A stretch of 64,000 nucleotides of DNA from Flaccisagitta enflata (lineage: Eukaryota): positions 43,214,001-43,278,000 of the forward strand of contig OZ231126.1 in assembly GCA_965153355.1 (NCBI GenBank), written 5' to 3'. The position numbers were made by a program, and so were the translations under genes. The notes below the pieces were generated by a model. The model was not told the origin of the DNA. It ran no database searches and was given only the letters and a program-made list of their open reading frames with translations. Within the stretch, counting starts at the first letter, position 1; each line of letters starts with the position of its first letter. Shown here one piece after another: positions 13,936 to 26,893 of this stretch.

Positions 13936-16011
13936 CAGGATAAAAAAAATTACCTACCGATAGATGGACGGTCGCCTGCATGAGGCGTATAAACAAATCT
14001 AAACGGTAAGGTTAGAGATTGTTTTTGTTTACTTTTATTTTTTGTTTGCTGCATACATGTCGAAAATGTGCCAGTAACAGACGGACGGACGGATAAAGCT
14101 GCAAAGCATTTTTTTGACGATCGACCGTCAGGTCGCAGACGCCCTGTCTTCGCCTAGATATAGTTGAGCTTAACAAGAGCGCATCCCAAGGGAGGGCCAA
14201 ATTATGTCTTATAGCCAATATTGAAATACCTACAAAATCAATAGATAGTAAGTTATAGGCGGGTATACCTTAATAGCGGGTTCGCTCTAGCGGTGCTCCA
14301 CTTTACGCGGGTGGCAATTACCAACAATATCGATTGAAGATGTCATATTTTGGATGAATGTGGATGTACACCCGGTGGAACGTCTGGGGAGAGCAAAAAA
14401 GATAAACCAACCAAAATTGCACGAGCTTTGGCGCACGTCATTTGAAAAAAAAAAAAATCGAAGTTTCGTATAACGAAGAGAAACATTATGAAGAGGCGAT
14501 GATAAAAAAGGATGACAAACGATTGAAGGAAGACAACCAACGGAGTAACAGAAGACATCCGAATTCTGATACCCGATACAAAATGCCACCAGAATCAATA
14601 AAAAGACGCATGGTATTGTTTTTATATTTTTTTTTTTTTTGTGTTAAAAAAAAAAAAAAAAATTAACAATTGGAGACTAGTGGGAAAAATCTTTCATTTT
14701 CAAAACCATTTGCGATGAGTTTTCTTGAAGTAACCTTTAGATTAGGAGACACTGAAGCAAAAAAAAAAAAAACGAAAAAAAAAAACACAAAAAAAGGCAA
14801 TGCTGACATTTTGTTACGGTTACTGACTAACCGACAGACAGACGGACTGACACAGCAAGTTCTAGAGTTGGGTGACCGCAACAATGCCATACCACCTACC
14901 AAAACAGAAGTGGTCCATCGCTTCCACATCTCTGAACTGGCTTATGAAACATTTGCCAAGGGGTAATAATGCAAAACAGAACCAAAATTCTCCACAAGGT
15001 AAGAATGACAGACCAACTAGCCACTGACCGGTAGACCTGCCAATGAAACAGAAAAGTCGGAATTTAATCTGAGTGGTGGGTCTTTTTTTTAGTCAGGAGG
15101 TGAATGGTGTAACGACGCAATACGTCAACGGAACTTCGATAAGAGGTGGTAATTGATTACGTAAATTGATATTGTTCATCTGACTCGTGTAAAAAAAAAA
15201 ACACACGCAAGTGACATCTGATGATATCGAGCATTTTGAAAAGGGTGGGGATGAGAAATCCACCCATAAACTACTTATCGGCCATCGGCTATAATCGGCA
15301 AACGTGACGGACGGAACGACATTCGGATGACGATGGCCGACCTATGACACTCGTCATAGGCGGATTTTCTCATCTTTTCAGTGGCCAAGCGGGGTTTTGC
15401 TGTACATGCGAATTTCGAGTATCTAATTAACATCGGTCGAAAGTGACAAAACAACGGGGAACGCCCTAGCCCACTCATTTACATTCCCCGCAGTTCATCA
15501 ACGAAAGTGTCTGTGACACTAACAGGTGAAAGTAGCGGGTGCCGATTTATTTGTACGTTACTGGGTCGGTCGGTCGGTCGGTCGGTCCTTCCATTGGTTT
15601 GTTTGTTGATCCGTCCTTTTGTCTCTCCAGGGGGAATGTATCTGGCCCGGTTTCGTTTTTGTCTCACACACGAGCCGCTAATAGTGTCGGTTCTGTTGGT
15701 CGGTCTGTCCATCCGCATCTGTAGATAATGTAAGGGGAGAATCGACGGACGAACATGACCCTCCATTGAGTTAAAAAATTGCAAGTAAAAACTGCTTGAA
15801 ACGAAATGGTTTGGCAAGTATCTTCCAGAAAATGATTATTAAAGTAACCACAACGAAGAAAACAATTAGTTGATCAATTATTCATTTGTTTATTCATTCT
15901 TCGAAGAATACAATGAGGCTGCTCAGCCTCGCCAATTTAATACCGAAACGAGGGGTTAACGGTCTGTCGCACAGTGATTGAGATCTTCCTCGTTTTGTTG
16001 TTGGGGCTTAA

Positions 16012-16914
16012 GGCTTACATTTCCTCAAGATAGGCGGCAGACTAAAAATCGGTTTTCATGATGATTGGACTAATATGCGTACCGAGGGTCTCTCTTTCAA
16101 TTTTCGATTATATAGCACTGGCCTGACTCGCATTACAAAGCAAAAACAAATACAAGAATGTTTTGTTTAAGTAAAGGGGAAAAAATGAAAATCTTTAATG
16201 TATCAGTGCAGGATATGAACAACAGACTAAAGGGGGCCGTCTGTCCTTACTTAATCACTAACTCTTCTTCAAATGTCAATTATTCAAGAAATTAATTTCT
16301 TTTCTCACCTTGCGCATTATCACAGTGCTTATGTAAGGCGATCTACTCACTAGCCACAGACGCTGACTGCTTTCATGAATTTGTGCTTTAAAACTGACAG
16401 TTAGGGAGGCTAAAAGAAAGTTGATGAAAAAAATTGTTCATGAATTATATCTTTACCGTGTATTTTCTTTCGATTTTGACTTTGATGAATGACAAAATGA
16501 TGGTAATTTTCTAGACTTTCGCTAGCCTGATTGGGGCAACGTAGGAAGCTGAAATTTTTACTGAAGATAGAGCAGACATGTGGCCAGGGTAGACCTGGAA
16601 CAAATTCCGAAAAAAGCTACTAGCCTCTATATGGTTACATTTTACAGATTTCTTCTTGGATTTATTGTATGTAAAATAATAAAATTTAAATTTTTTTTAC
16701 AGGTCTACCCTGGCCACATGTCTTGTCTATCTTCAGTAAAAATTTCAGCTTCCTCCGCTGCCCCAGTCAGGCTAGCGAGTGTCTGAAAAATTGCCTATAT
16801 TTGGGTTTTTTCAATTTTCTGAAATTTTTTGAAGGGGTTTCTTACACTAGTATTTGACAGTCTATAAAAGAAAAAAAAATTTCAGGGTAACTTTATTTTG
16901 AAGCAACGATAGCC
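16012..16914. mobile_element. TTAA-flanked non-autonomous DNA transposon, Kolobok-like, with internal ~95-bp inverted repeat (16502-16597 / 16700-16795)
   Basis: TTAA|GGCTTACATTTCCTCAAGATA versus right-end reverse complement TTAA|GGCTATCGTTGCTTCAAAATA (15/21). The internal IR is clear; the outer ends are imperfect. Confidence 0.55.
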
Positions 16915-17360
16915 TTAAGTTCATTCATTCATTCAATTTTCCATTCATTGAGTATTTCATTCTTTCATTCATTCATTCATTCATTCATTCATTCATTCAT
17001 TCATTCATGCGCCTCACGCCACTTTCTTTCTAGATTTTTCCTAGGTTAAAAAAGTTCGTTAAGTACAAAAACGTGAACATGCAATAAGTGTCACAGGACT
17101 TCAGGTCTGTTTTTCTCGGCCATTTAGACGTGTCTCCGGTCTAAAGAGGGTCCTTTTACGCGTTGGTCATTTGACTCGTCTCGTGGGTCGTAGTCTTGCG
17201 CAACCCCAATTTAGTCACTCGTCATTCTGTAAATTGGCCGACGAAAAAAGGAAGGACGAGACAAAGTAAGAAAAGAAAAGAAACGGAAAGAAAAGGAAGA
17301 AAAGAAAAGGCGACGACAAGCGCAACTGTAAACTGTCTTCAGGTTCAGATACAAAGAGAA

Positions 17361-17399
<39 letters not shown>

Positions 17400-17519
17400 A
17401 GAGAACAGAGAGTCGGTTTAGTTGAACACTGTTCACTCCTAGTTTTCCTTTTTGCCAAAGAAAACTCCTTCAATCTGTTCTCTCATCTCAAATTTCGCCT
17501 CTCCACCCTCTTCAATTCA

Positions 17520-17522
<3 letters not shown>

Positions 17523-17612
<90 letters not shown>

Positions 17613-17700
17613 GTCTCGTCTTGCCCGAAGAAATTTTCTCTTTCTCGAACATTGAGGCCGATGAAAGAGTGAGATAGAGATAAAGAAAGAAAATATTCTC

Positions 17701-17756
<56 letters not shown>

Positions 17757-17760
17757 TCCT

Positions 17761-17828
<68 letters not shown>

Positions 17829-17830
17829 TC
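17523..17830. repeat. (TC)n and (TTTC)n microsatellites
   Basis: Directly visible. Confidence 0.95.
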
Positions 17831-18408
17831 ATTTTCTTTTCTCTTTCTTTTCTTCTTTCCTTCCTTTCAGGCACTTTCTTCTTTCTCTTTCTTTTGCTCT
17901 CCTTCCTTATCACGATAGGTAGAAATTCCAATTAGGCAAACGCGATCTCTTTGAGAAATGTTTTATGCTGTCTTTCTGTATCTCTTTCTGTTTCTGTCTG
18001 TCACTTCGTCTTTCTTTCTTGCTTGCTTACCTGCTTTCTTCTTATTATCTTTTTCCTTTCTTACATCTTGTTTTGCTTTACTTCTTTTTTTCTTTTTTTG
18101 ATATGCGTCCTCGGACATCTATAAAAGGTCATGTCTGTCCATTGGTCGGTTGGTTGGTCCGTCACGCAAACGATAAAATGAACAAAACAGACGATTCTCA
18201 TTTCTCACTTTCATTTTCTTTTAGTCGTTCAGTCATTCATGTATCCATTCATTCATTCATTTGTTCATTCATTCATAAATAAAATCGTTCATTCATTCAT
18301 TCCTAATCAGCAAGGCGCACATATTGGCCCTAACTTGGCCTTGTTCTTTCTTTGCGTTCTTTTTACCTTTATTTCTCTCTTTGCTTGTTTTTTAGTCATC
18401 TTTTTATG

Positions 18409-19103
18409 TTTTTACTGCTACGCGACTCTACACCCCGCTATGTCGGTCCGATGGTCGGTTGGTCGGTTGGTCGGTCAGTCGGTCCCCTTTTTGGGCAGCG
18501 GCCCCGAAGGAGTCGATGACCTTTACTTTCACACAGGGGAATTTTCTCCTCCTCCTCCTTCTCCTCCTCCTTCTCCGTACCCCTCCCCCCCACCTCCAGG
18601 CCCATATCTCAGCCTTGAAGCCTATATCCCAGCCTTGAGGCCCAAATCCCAGTCTTGAGGTCCAAATCCCAACCTCAAGGCCCAAATCCCATCTTATAGC
18701 CAAAATCCTATCTTTGAGGCCCAAATTCCGACTGCAAAGGATTTGGGCCTCAAGACTGGGAATTGGGTCTCGAGGCTGGGTAATGGGTTTTGAGGCTGAT
18801 ATATGGGCCGGGAGGTGTGGGGGGGGAATGGAGAAGGAGGAGGAGGAGAAAATTCCCCTGTGTGAAAGCATAGTTCATCGACCCCTTCAGGGCCGCTGCC
18901 CTGCTCCCCCTCTACTTCAACCACAACCTACTGAGGCAGGGCACGGGTACCGCTGACCATCTAACGCTTTTGCGACTATTACTTTTTCGGCGTTTTTTAG
19001 CTTTTTGAGCCTACTGCTCCTGCCCAAATGCTCTAGAGACCTTCTCCTGCACTGCTCGTGCCCACCCGCACGCGACTGAGGTAGCCGTGTATCCGGCCTT
19101 GTT
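18409..19103 (+). mobile_element. HINE-like family A element interrupted by a nested family B element
   Basis: Head ...CTACGCGACTCTACACCCCGCTATGTCGGTCC and (GGTC)n. Body resumes at 18981 and ends GCCGTGTATCCGGCCTTGTT. Confidence 0.8.
18488..18980 (+). mobile_element. HINE-like family B element, full length
   Basis: ~60-bp inverted repeats (GGGCAGCGGCCCCGAAGG...CACACAGGGGAATTTTCTCC, ~18493-18550 / ~18845-18901) around (CCT)n and a 21-bp array. Tail CGGGTACCGCTGACCAT...GCGACTATT. Confidence 0.82.
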
Positions 19104-19266
19104 TCTTCTACCTGTCTGTCGGTCTCGCTCTGCTGTCTTTTCCTCTATGAGCCTTTTCTTACTAAGCAAACTTAACATTGCAGAATCATTCAAAATCAAA
19201 ATCAAAGTAAATGGCAAAGAACTCGGCTGGAAAAAAAAGTGTCTCTGAATACTCTCTATTCGCCCC

Positions 19267-19356
19267 ATGCTCACTTCTATGCCTTATTATGCTCACTTCT
19301 ATGCCTTATTATGCTCACCTCTATGCCTTATTATGCTCACCTCTATGCCTTATTAT
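19267..19356. repeat. 22-bp tandem repeat x4 (ATGCTCACYTCTATGCCTTATT)
   Basis: Four near-identical units. Confidence 0.92.
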
Positions 19357-19763
19357 CAATTGTGCTTGCCTCTCGCAATTTTTTTTGCTACATATTATTC
19401 ATGTGATGAAATTGAATTTATGTGACGAAAAAAAAAGATTAACCATTAAACAAGGATAAGGAAAAGAAGAAGAAGAAGAAAAAGAAGAATGGGAAAGGAA
19501 AAGAAGAGTAATGAATAAAAGAACATCCCAAAGACAACAAATAGAAGGACAAAGAAAAGAGGCAAAAGAACAAATCCTGTGTGGCTCGCTAATATACATA
19601 ATGCCTATTGAGCTTAATCAGGAAGGGGTGAGGTCTCTATTCTTTCTTTTCTTTTTGGCTTAAAACAGAAAAGGAGAAAGGAGAAGCAACCAAGAATTTT
19701 TCGGTTTTTTTTCTTTACCAGTAAAGGCGGCTCTCGCCGACCGGAAAAAAATCGTAAGGGCTG

Positions 19764-19766
<3 letters not shown>

Positions 19767-19829
<63 letters not shown>

Positions 19830-20445
19830 CTCTCACCCTCTCTCTCTCTGTCTCCCTCCCGTGCTCCCTCCCTCTCTCCTTCCCTCTCTCCCTCCCTCTC
19901 TCCCTCCCTTCCTCCCTCACCCTCTCCCTCTCTCCCTCTCTCTCCCTCGCTCCCTCCCTTTCCCTCACCCTCCCCCTCTCGTTCTCTCTTCCCCTCTCAC
20001 TCTCCCACCCCCTCTCACTCTCCCTCCCTCTCCCTCCCTCCCTCTCCCTCTTCTCTCTCCCTCTCCTCCTCCCTCTCTCTCCCTCCCTTTCCCTCCTCAC
20101 CCTCTCCCTCCCCCTCTCTCCCTCTCTCCCTCCCCTCCCTTTCCCTCCCCTCACCCTCTCCCTCCCCCTCTCTCTCCTCTCTCCTTCTCTTTTCCCTCCC
20201 CTCACCCTCCCCCTCCCTCTCTCTCTCCCTCCCTCCTACTCTCTCTTTCCTCCCCTCTCCCTCTCCCTCCCTCTCCCTCTCCCTCCCTACCTCCCTCTCC
20301 CTCCCTCCCTCCCTCTCCCTCCCTCCCTCCCACCCTCCCTTACTCCTGCTCCCACCCTCTCTATCCCTCCCTCCCTCTCCTTCCCTCCCTCTCCTTCCCT
20401 TTCTCTCTCTCCCTCTCCTTCCCTCCCTCTCCCTCCCTCTTTCCT
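19767..20445. repeat. (TG)n followed by ~615-bp C/T-rich low-complexity polypyrimidine tract
   Basis: Directly visible; almost no purines on the + strand from 19830 to 20445. Confidence 0.95.
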
Positions 20446-21521
20446 CTGCTGAACTCATTTTTATAGTTATTTAGGGCTCAAAATTGAAATCGATGAAGAA
20501 TAAAGATCTTTGAGAAAAATGCGGAAAATGTGAAAAAATAAAAAAATATTAAAAAATTCATAGCGCCTAAAGTATTGGTCCGACAGTGCCCTGATTTTTT
20601 CCAGAAGGTGTAAAAAAGTGCCCTCTTTCACCCTGTACCAATTTCAACCCCAGCCTCGGGCGAGCCTAGTCGTGACTCAACTTCCTCAAAATGCCTCAAG
20701 CGAAAATGGAAAAAATTAATTCCTAAGCGAAACTCAAAAAATCGAAAAACGTTTTTCGATTTTTTTCCCAATCAACCAAGCCTTTATTGGAGAATAATGA
20801 CGAATAGAATTGATCTCAATGTGCTGGTTTTCTGAATCAAAAATGTTTTTTTCCTTCTATTTTTTTTTTGGTTTTTGTGAAATAATGAAACCTTCTGGAA
20901 AGCTAAAAGAAAGTCAGTAAGGTTAGATTCTGGTGCATGGTGGAAAAAAACACGATATATATATCAGCAAACCACGTTATCCAATGCAATCCCGATTAGT
21001 TTACGTTGACATTGTTATGACTCAACATAAATTACCTGAGCCAACTCAAGCTTTGTGAATGTCGTGTCATTCATGGATGAGGGGCGGAAATCCAAATGCT
21101 TTTGCGGTCCAGACTGATAACAGAGAAGATTATCTCGCTAAAAAGCAAAAGAAAAAGAAAAATGAGTAAAAAATGTGGAAGGGTTTTTCCGGCCTCGCCT
21201 ACTCTTTCTTTTTTCTAGACTTCACCTTCTGTTTGTTCATTCGAAAAAGGAATGTGAAAAATGATTGATAAGAGCAACAAAAAATCACTCGGCGAAATCA
21301 CACGTTTTCTTTTTTCATTTTCGCTTCCTGAGTACATTCCTGATACCGGTCTTATGTGTATAGGTCTAGGCTTTCTCATGCCCACCTCCAATGACCCAAG
21401 CCTCCAATGACCCAAGCCACACGACCTGATCATGATGATGAATTGAATGTCATTGTAATCATGATGATTAAGTGAATGTCATTGTGGCATGTGCAGCAAT
21501 TCACCCTATATAAAACTCATA

Positions 21522-22123
21522 CAGTGGGGTTCGTGGAATAACAGCCTAAACTGGAGGAAGGTACTTAAGTGTCTTAATTTCATTTGACAAAATCAATATT
21601 TGAAATATAAGTTGTTAACTTGATGCTTTTGTCCCTGAGATTTCCGGTTGCTATGGAAACCAAAATTATTTTTTCAAATATTTATAACCACTGAAATACC
21701 AATATTTTGAGAAATATTGTCAGGGAACATTGCTCAGAATTAAATTTGCTACAACTTTCCCACAGTATGTCCTGTAAGAATATTGCTCGTTTAGCCGTTG
21801 CTAGGGAGCATCATTTAGCGGTTGCTAGGTGTGATGCCCCCTAGCAACGGCCAAACGAGCAATATTCTTACAGAACATACTGTGGGAAAGTTGTAGCAAA
21901 TTTAATTTTGAGCAATGTTCCCTGACAATATTTCTCAAAATATTGATATTTTAGTGGTTACAAATATTTGAAAAAATAATTTTGGTTTCCATAGCAACCG
22001 AAAAACTCAGGGACAAAAGCATCGAGTGAACAACCTATGTTTCAAATATCAAGTTTGTCAAATGAAATTAAGACACTTAAATACCTTCCTCCAGTTTAGG
22101 CTGTCATTCCACGAACCCCACTG
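21522..22123. mobile_element. Fold-back MITE, TA TSD, 602 bp, near-perfect palindrome
   Basis: TIR CAGTGGGGTTCGTGGAATRACAGCCTAAACTGGAGGAAGGTA (41/42). TA at 21520-1 and 22124-5. Arms pair to a short loop near 21810-21835. Confidence 0.95.
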
Positions 22124-22451
22124 TATAATTATCAAAATGGAAATAGTACCAAAAGAAAATTTGGAAAAATTATGGACATTTATATAGTGTAAATCACTAA
22201 TAATTCTATAGTCTTTTTTTTTTGTTGTAAACTAAGTCCTGATTTGTTCTTACTCTCGACGGCTTATCACTTCGGATTGTCTTCCATTGAAATTTTTATG
22301 CGTCGAATTGACGTATATTTGCTGAAAATATTCCTTAATCATCGGATCCATGTTTCTTCGATAATGATATTACTCCGTCATATGGATGTGAAATTTTGAA
22401 GATAGCGGTGATAAATCAGTCGATGCACTGACGGAGCAAAAAAACAAACAA

Positions 22452-22626
22452 AACAAGGCCGGATACACGGCAATCCAGTCGCGGACGGTTGGGCAGGAGC
22501 AGTACCGCAAAAACCGCTCGGAATTCAGAAATGTGACCAACGGACGGACGGACGGACGGACGGACGGACCGACGGACCGACCGACCGACATGGCAAGGTG
22601 TACAGTCGCGTGTCCGCGACTAAAAA
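22452..22626 (-). mobile_element. HINE-like family A element
   Basis: AACAAGGCCGGATACACGGC...(GGAC)n...AGTCGCGTGTCCGCGACTAAAAA. Confidence 0.85.
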
Positions 22627-22844
22627 AAACAAACAAAAAAACAAACATGGCAAAATGGTATATTTAAGTAAGATTTTGATTAGGCCGTGGTCCAATGTTC
22701 GGATTGCCAATTTTCCTTTACAGACAGGAGCGGACGCACGGTCGCACACCTGTCATCTGCAGCCGATTTAGACTACGTATACATCTTGGCTCTGAGAGAA
22801 TTTCTTGGGGAATCATGCATTTCTAGATTCTTATGTTTGAAAAG

Positions 22845-23089
22845 CAGGGGGGGAAGTCAAAGGGTTTGGAAAAGGGGATGGGAAAAAATTAAGTAAATAA
22901 TTACTTTGTTTTGGCAGTACAAAAATATAAAACATCATTAAACAACACAATTTAACACTAATAAACTATAATTTTCTAAATATTTTATGCTCTATGGGAA
23001 AAAATCATAGATTTTGTAACGTGGAATAGAAAATCAAAGGCACAAGGGGGGGGCGGTAATCAAAGGCGACTTGATTTTATACAACCCTG
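22845..23089. mobile_element. hAT-type MITE (245 bp), related to 3566-3893 in opposite orientation
   Basis: CAGGG...CCCTG termini. Perfect 8-bp TSD TTGAAAAG (22837-22844, 23090-23097). Internal CTATGGGAAAAAATCATAGAT mirrors ATCTATGATTTTCTTCCCCATATAG. Confidence 0.8.
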
Positions 23090-23097
23090 TTGAAAAG

Positions 23098-23257
23098 TTT
23101 TTAGTTGCGGACACGCAACTCTTTAAGAGGCTTTGTCCGTCCGTCCGTCGGTCGGTTGGTTGGTCGGTCCGTCACGCTCGAGCTCAAAAGTGGGAAAACG
23201 CGTATTTCCGCCCCTGCCCACCCGTCCGCAACTGATGGCCGTGTTTCCGGCCTTGTT
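23098..23257 (+). mobile_element. HINE-like family A element
   Basis: TTTTTAGTTGCGGACACGCAACTCT...(CCGT)n...CCCCTGCCCACCCGTCCGCAACT...GGCCGTGTTTCCGGCCTTGTT. Confidence 0.88.
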
Positions 23258-23391
23258 CTCCTTTGAATTATCATTACTGAAAATTTTCGGATCCGTGGGA
23301 TTGGACATTTTATCCGATAGATTTGCCCGGGCACGTCCCGACGCTTGAGTTGATGAGTGAAAATACGGACTCAGCTAACGTGAATAAAAAA

Positions 23392-24190
23392 AACAAGGCC
23401 AAGAGATGTCCAATAGATGCGTCCTCTTTAGACGTAAGATATTATCATACAATTTATTAAGATATTAAGATATAATAATATGAAAATAAAAAGATTCAGA
23501 GAAAAGAGAAAGATATAAACTGATTCCTCTCTCTCCTCCCCCCACGCCTCCCCCCCACGCCTCCCCACCCTCCCCACCCTCCACCTCCCCGCCTCCTCCT
23601 CCTCCCCCTCCTCCTCCCCCGCCTCCACCTCCCCCCACCTCTCGCCTCCCCACTCACCTCCCCACCCCCGCCTCTCCTCCACCTCCCCACCCTCCCCATC
23701 ATTCTCACAAAGAGACATGAAGGGACTTGGAGAGACAGGGAGAGATATGGAGAGACATGAAGAGACATGAGGAAACATGAGGAGACATAAGAGACATATA
23801 GAGACATGAAGAGACTTAAGAGACATAAGAGACATAAGAGACATAAGAGATATAAGACATATAAGAGACATAAGAGAAGTAAGAGATATAAGAGACATAA
23901 GAGACATAAGATACATAAGAGAAATAAGAGACAAAAGAGATATAAGAGACATATAGGAGACATAGAAGACATAAGAGACATGTAGGAGACAAAAGAGACA
24001 AAAGAGACGAAAGAGATGAAAGAGACAAAAGAAATATAAGAGACAAGAAGAAACATGAAGAGAAATAAAGAAAAAACCTTGAAAATTGCGTTTTAAAATT
24101 TTCCTATTTCATACACTCAGACATTCAGACAGACATTCAGACCGACCAAGGGACAGACCCTCTTATAGAGATGCGAGGACGCATCTAAAA
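23392..24190 (-). mobile_element. HINE-like element with C-rich tract and 9-bp array (GAGACATAA)n
   Basis: AACAAGGCC end, 9-bp array at ~23740-24060, head CTCTTATAGAGATGCGAGGACGCATCTAAAA. Confidence 0.72.
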
Positions 24191-24286
24191 ATTCCTTGAT
24201 GGGGGGGGGGGCAAAGTCCATTCAAACTTTTCTACATTCTCATCAAACAGGTAGCAAAATTTTTTTTCGATACCACCTCGACCATA

Positions 24287-25210
24287 CACTCCTTTCAGTT
24301 TATAAGGACCAGTAAAATTCTGGGACATTTGGGTGTTTCACATAGAAAAAGTTGGTTATTTCTTTTGGCCCTTTTTACCAAGTGTGGACTGGCCAATTTT
24401 AGGACCCTTACTAATTTTCTTCTATCAAAAATTGTTCATCTTCCATTTTTTTAGAAAATTGTTTTTGAGGATCTAATTTGCATAATGCAGAGGGATAAAA
24501 CAATGTGCTAACACTGTTTGAATTAGCTTTTACAAATTTTCACTCTTAATAGAATTGTTATTCTGCTCTTTCATAAGTTTTTACATAGCATATGTTCTAA
24601 TATTTTAGTATATCTTTACAAATATCATGATTACCTAAAACAATTAATTGTCCTTCTTGTAACAAAACTACACAGGATTCTGCTGAATTCTGGGAAATCT
24701 GTGAGAACTTTAAGGCCAGAACAAAAACAAAAGATGAAAGACTTTTGAAAAAAAGAAAATGGTTATCTTTATGATTTTTATTCTTTTACATTACCTAAGT
24801 ATGGTGAAGGGATACTCCCAACTTCTTCTTTGTGAAGAACCCAACTGGGAGGTCCTTAGATTTTTGCAGGTTTAAGGCATGTCTTTAATATTTTTTTGTA
24901 GTTCTAATTCTTTAAATGAATAAGAATTGTAAAACTTACATTTATAATGAAAAATTGATTTACAAAGAAAGAATAATACACTGATTAATTTCTATTTATT
25001 TACAAAATGAACAAAACCAAATAATTTTTATTCTTTATTCTGGAGATATACTTTTATAACAATTATTACAGAAATTATTGAAATTTGGAATTTGAAACAA
25101 AATTATATTTAAATCTGAGGCTGGGGCTTGTTGCTAAGATATCCTGTAGTTTTAAAAAAATTTCAGCCTCATGTCCTTATAAACTTTGTCCTTACTCAAT
25201 ACAAAGAGTG
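24287..25210. mobile_element. TA-flanked TIR element (CAC...TAAG-R-RAC group), 924 bp, diverged
   Basis: TA|CACTCCTTTCAGTTTATAAGGAC versus right reverse complement CACTCTTTGTATTGAGTAAGGAC (right flank is CA). Subterminal CAGCCTCATGTC is shared with the element at 10959. Confidence 0.6.
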
Positions 25211-25242
25211 CAGCCCATAATGCAAGCTTATCAACACTATCA

Positions 25243-25462
25243 TTTTTAGTTGCGGACACGCAACTCTATAAGAGGTTTTGTCCATCCGTCCGTCGGTCCG
25301 TTGACAAGTCGGTGCGTCCCTGAAAAGTGGAAAACTGGCGTTTTAGAAGCTTTTTGTTTATGTGTGTGTGGGAAGGGGGTTGGGTCGGTGTTGGGTGTGG
25401 ATGGGGATTGGCCGCCCCTGCCCAGCCGTCCGCAACGATATTTTGACCCCGCGTCACTTGTT
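25243..25462 (+). mobile_element. HINE-like family A variant
   Basis: TTTTTAGTTGCGGACACGCAACTCTATAAGAGG head; ends TGACCCCGCGTCACTTGTT. Confidence 0.82.
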
Positions 25463-25693
25463 AGATTGAGAATGAATTTCACATGAGAAAACGAGCTCAT
25501 GGGAATCCCATTATCTGTTGTCATTGATCATGGATCCATCTTATCAGAAAACGAACACGAAATTCACCGAATCGAACCAAAAGTCAGAAATGCGTGCATG
25601 GTTCCTTGGATGTCTGTCTTTCTTCTTGCCCGTATATCTGCTTGTTAGTCTGTCTGTCTGTGATCGTGTGTCTGTCGTGCTGTCTGTTTGTTC

Positions 25694-25763
<70 letters not shown>

Positions 25764-26407
25764 AGACAAAAAAAGACTGTGTCTTGGAATGACACGTGAG
25801 AACCGCTGAGTGCGAGTGAGTTGGTTTGAGGTCACGACGGACTAGGAGAAACTCTCTCTCTCTCTCTCTCTCTCTGTTTCTCAAGAGATGTACCCCAATT
25901 CTTATCCTTGACTGAAATCCCTCTCGACAGATTTCTATCGTGTCATAAGCTTTGAGCCGCGATCGAGGTCTCCGAGCATGTCGTCCGTAGTTTTTGGGGT
26001 ATTTAAAGATTCTTTCTGAAGGATAGGTGAGGTTCTGAGATCAAATGCCCCCAGCACGCTTCATTTTTTTCGACTTTCTAAAGAATCAATCTCTGGTCCG
26101 CATTGTGCGCGTTAGCTAAGGAACTGAAACAAGATTCGCCATGCTACTTACGCTCATTTGCATATTGCAGAATTGTACATCGGATTATATTTTTTTTAGA
26201 TATTTTGACTAATTCAAATGAAATATTAGCAAATGGATATAAGCCGGCTATGGATAGTCGTTGAGGAATGTCCTTTAATGCCAACTGATCACGACATTAA
26301 GAGTGACACACGAGCCGACACGAGTCAAGGATGAGCACTGCCTAGATGTGAAAATTGACTGAAAGCCACACAACACCGACACAGAAAGCTTTTCCGCAAC
26401 ATATTTT

Positions 26408-26893
26408 GGCTATCATCTAGTATCCGGGATTGAGTAAAACTGTTGTATTAAAGACGCATAATGAAAAAGCTCCATTGAAATTGACATCTACCGTGATCTA
26501 AAACAACTGACGCCACCCCTAACCCTAACCCTAACACCACCCCTACCCCTACCCCTAACCCCACCCCTAATCCTAACCGCACCCCTAATCTTAACCCTTA
26601 CCCTTATCCCTAAACCTACCCCTAACCCCAACCTCAACCTAACCCAACCCCTAACCCTAACCCCACCCTACCCCACCCCTTAACCCTAACCTAACCTCAC
26701 CTAACAACCTAACCTAACCTAACCTAACCCTAACTCTAACTCCACCCAACCCTACCCACTAACCTAAACATAAACAGCGTAAAATGAACGTCAATAACCT
26801 TCCTCGTGCTCGCCCGAGTCCTACAGAAACAAAAGGCTACTGTCTTCGCCTCTGAAAATCTCAATCCCGGATTCCGGATTCTAGATGATTGCC
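26408..26893. mobile_element. TIR element with TSD carrying a telomere-like (CCCTAA)n/(CCTAA)n tract at ~26515-26770
   Basis: TIR GGCTATCATCTAGTATCCGGGATTGAG versus reverse complement GGCAATCATCTAGAATCCGG(AATCCGG)GATTGAG. Flanking direct repeat ATATTTT (7 bp), or CATATTTTG (9 bp) if each end is moved in by one base. Confidence 0.85.

Noticed and set aside
15250..15402. Multi-branched hairpin suggesting a structured ncRNA
   Set aside because: It ends in GCGGGGTTTTGCTG|TA like the short MITEs at 47994 and 53437, so it is best explained as a decayed MITE.
19660..20466. Long Pro/Leu/Ser- or Arg/Glu/Gly-rich ORFs
   Set aside because: Translations of a low-complexity C/T tract that lacks stop codons.
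25931..26026. Plus-strand exon-like segment (CGACAG|...|GTGAGG)
   Set aside because: Stop codons interrupt it and there is no supporting neighbouring exon. It could only be non-coding, which is untestable here.
26515..26770. True telomere or chromosome-fusion scar
   Set aside because: Short, degenerate, single orientation, and enclosed by TIRs with a TSD.
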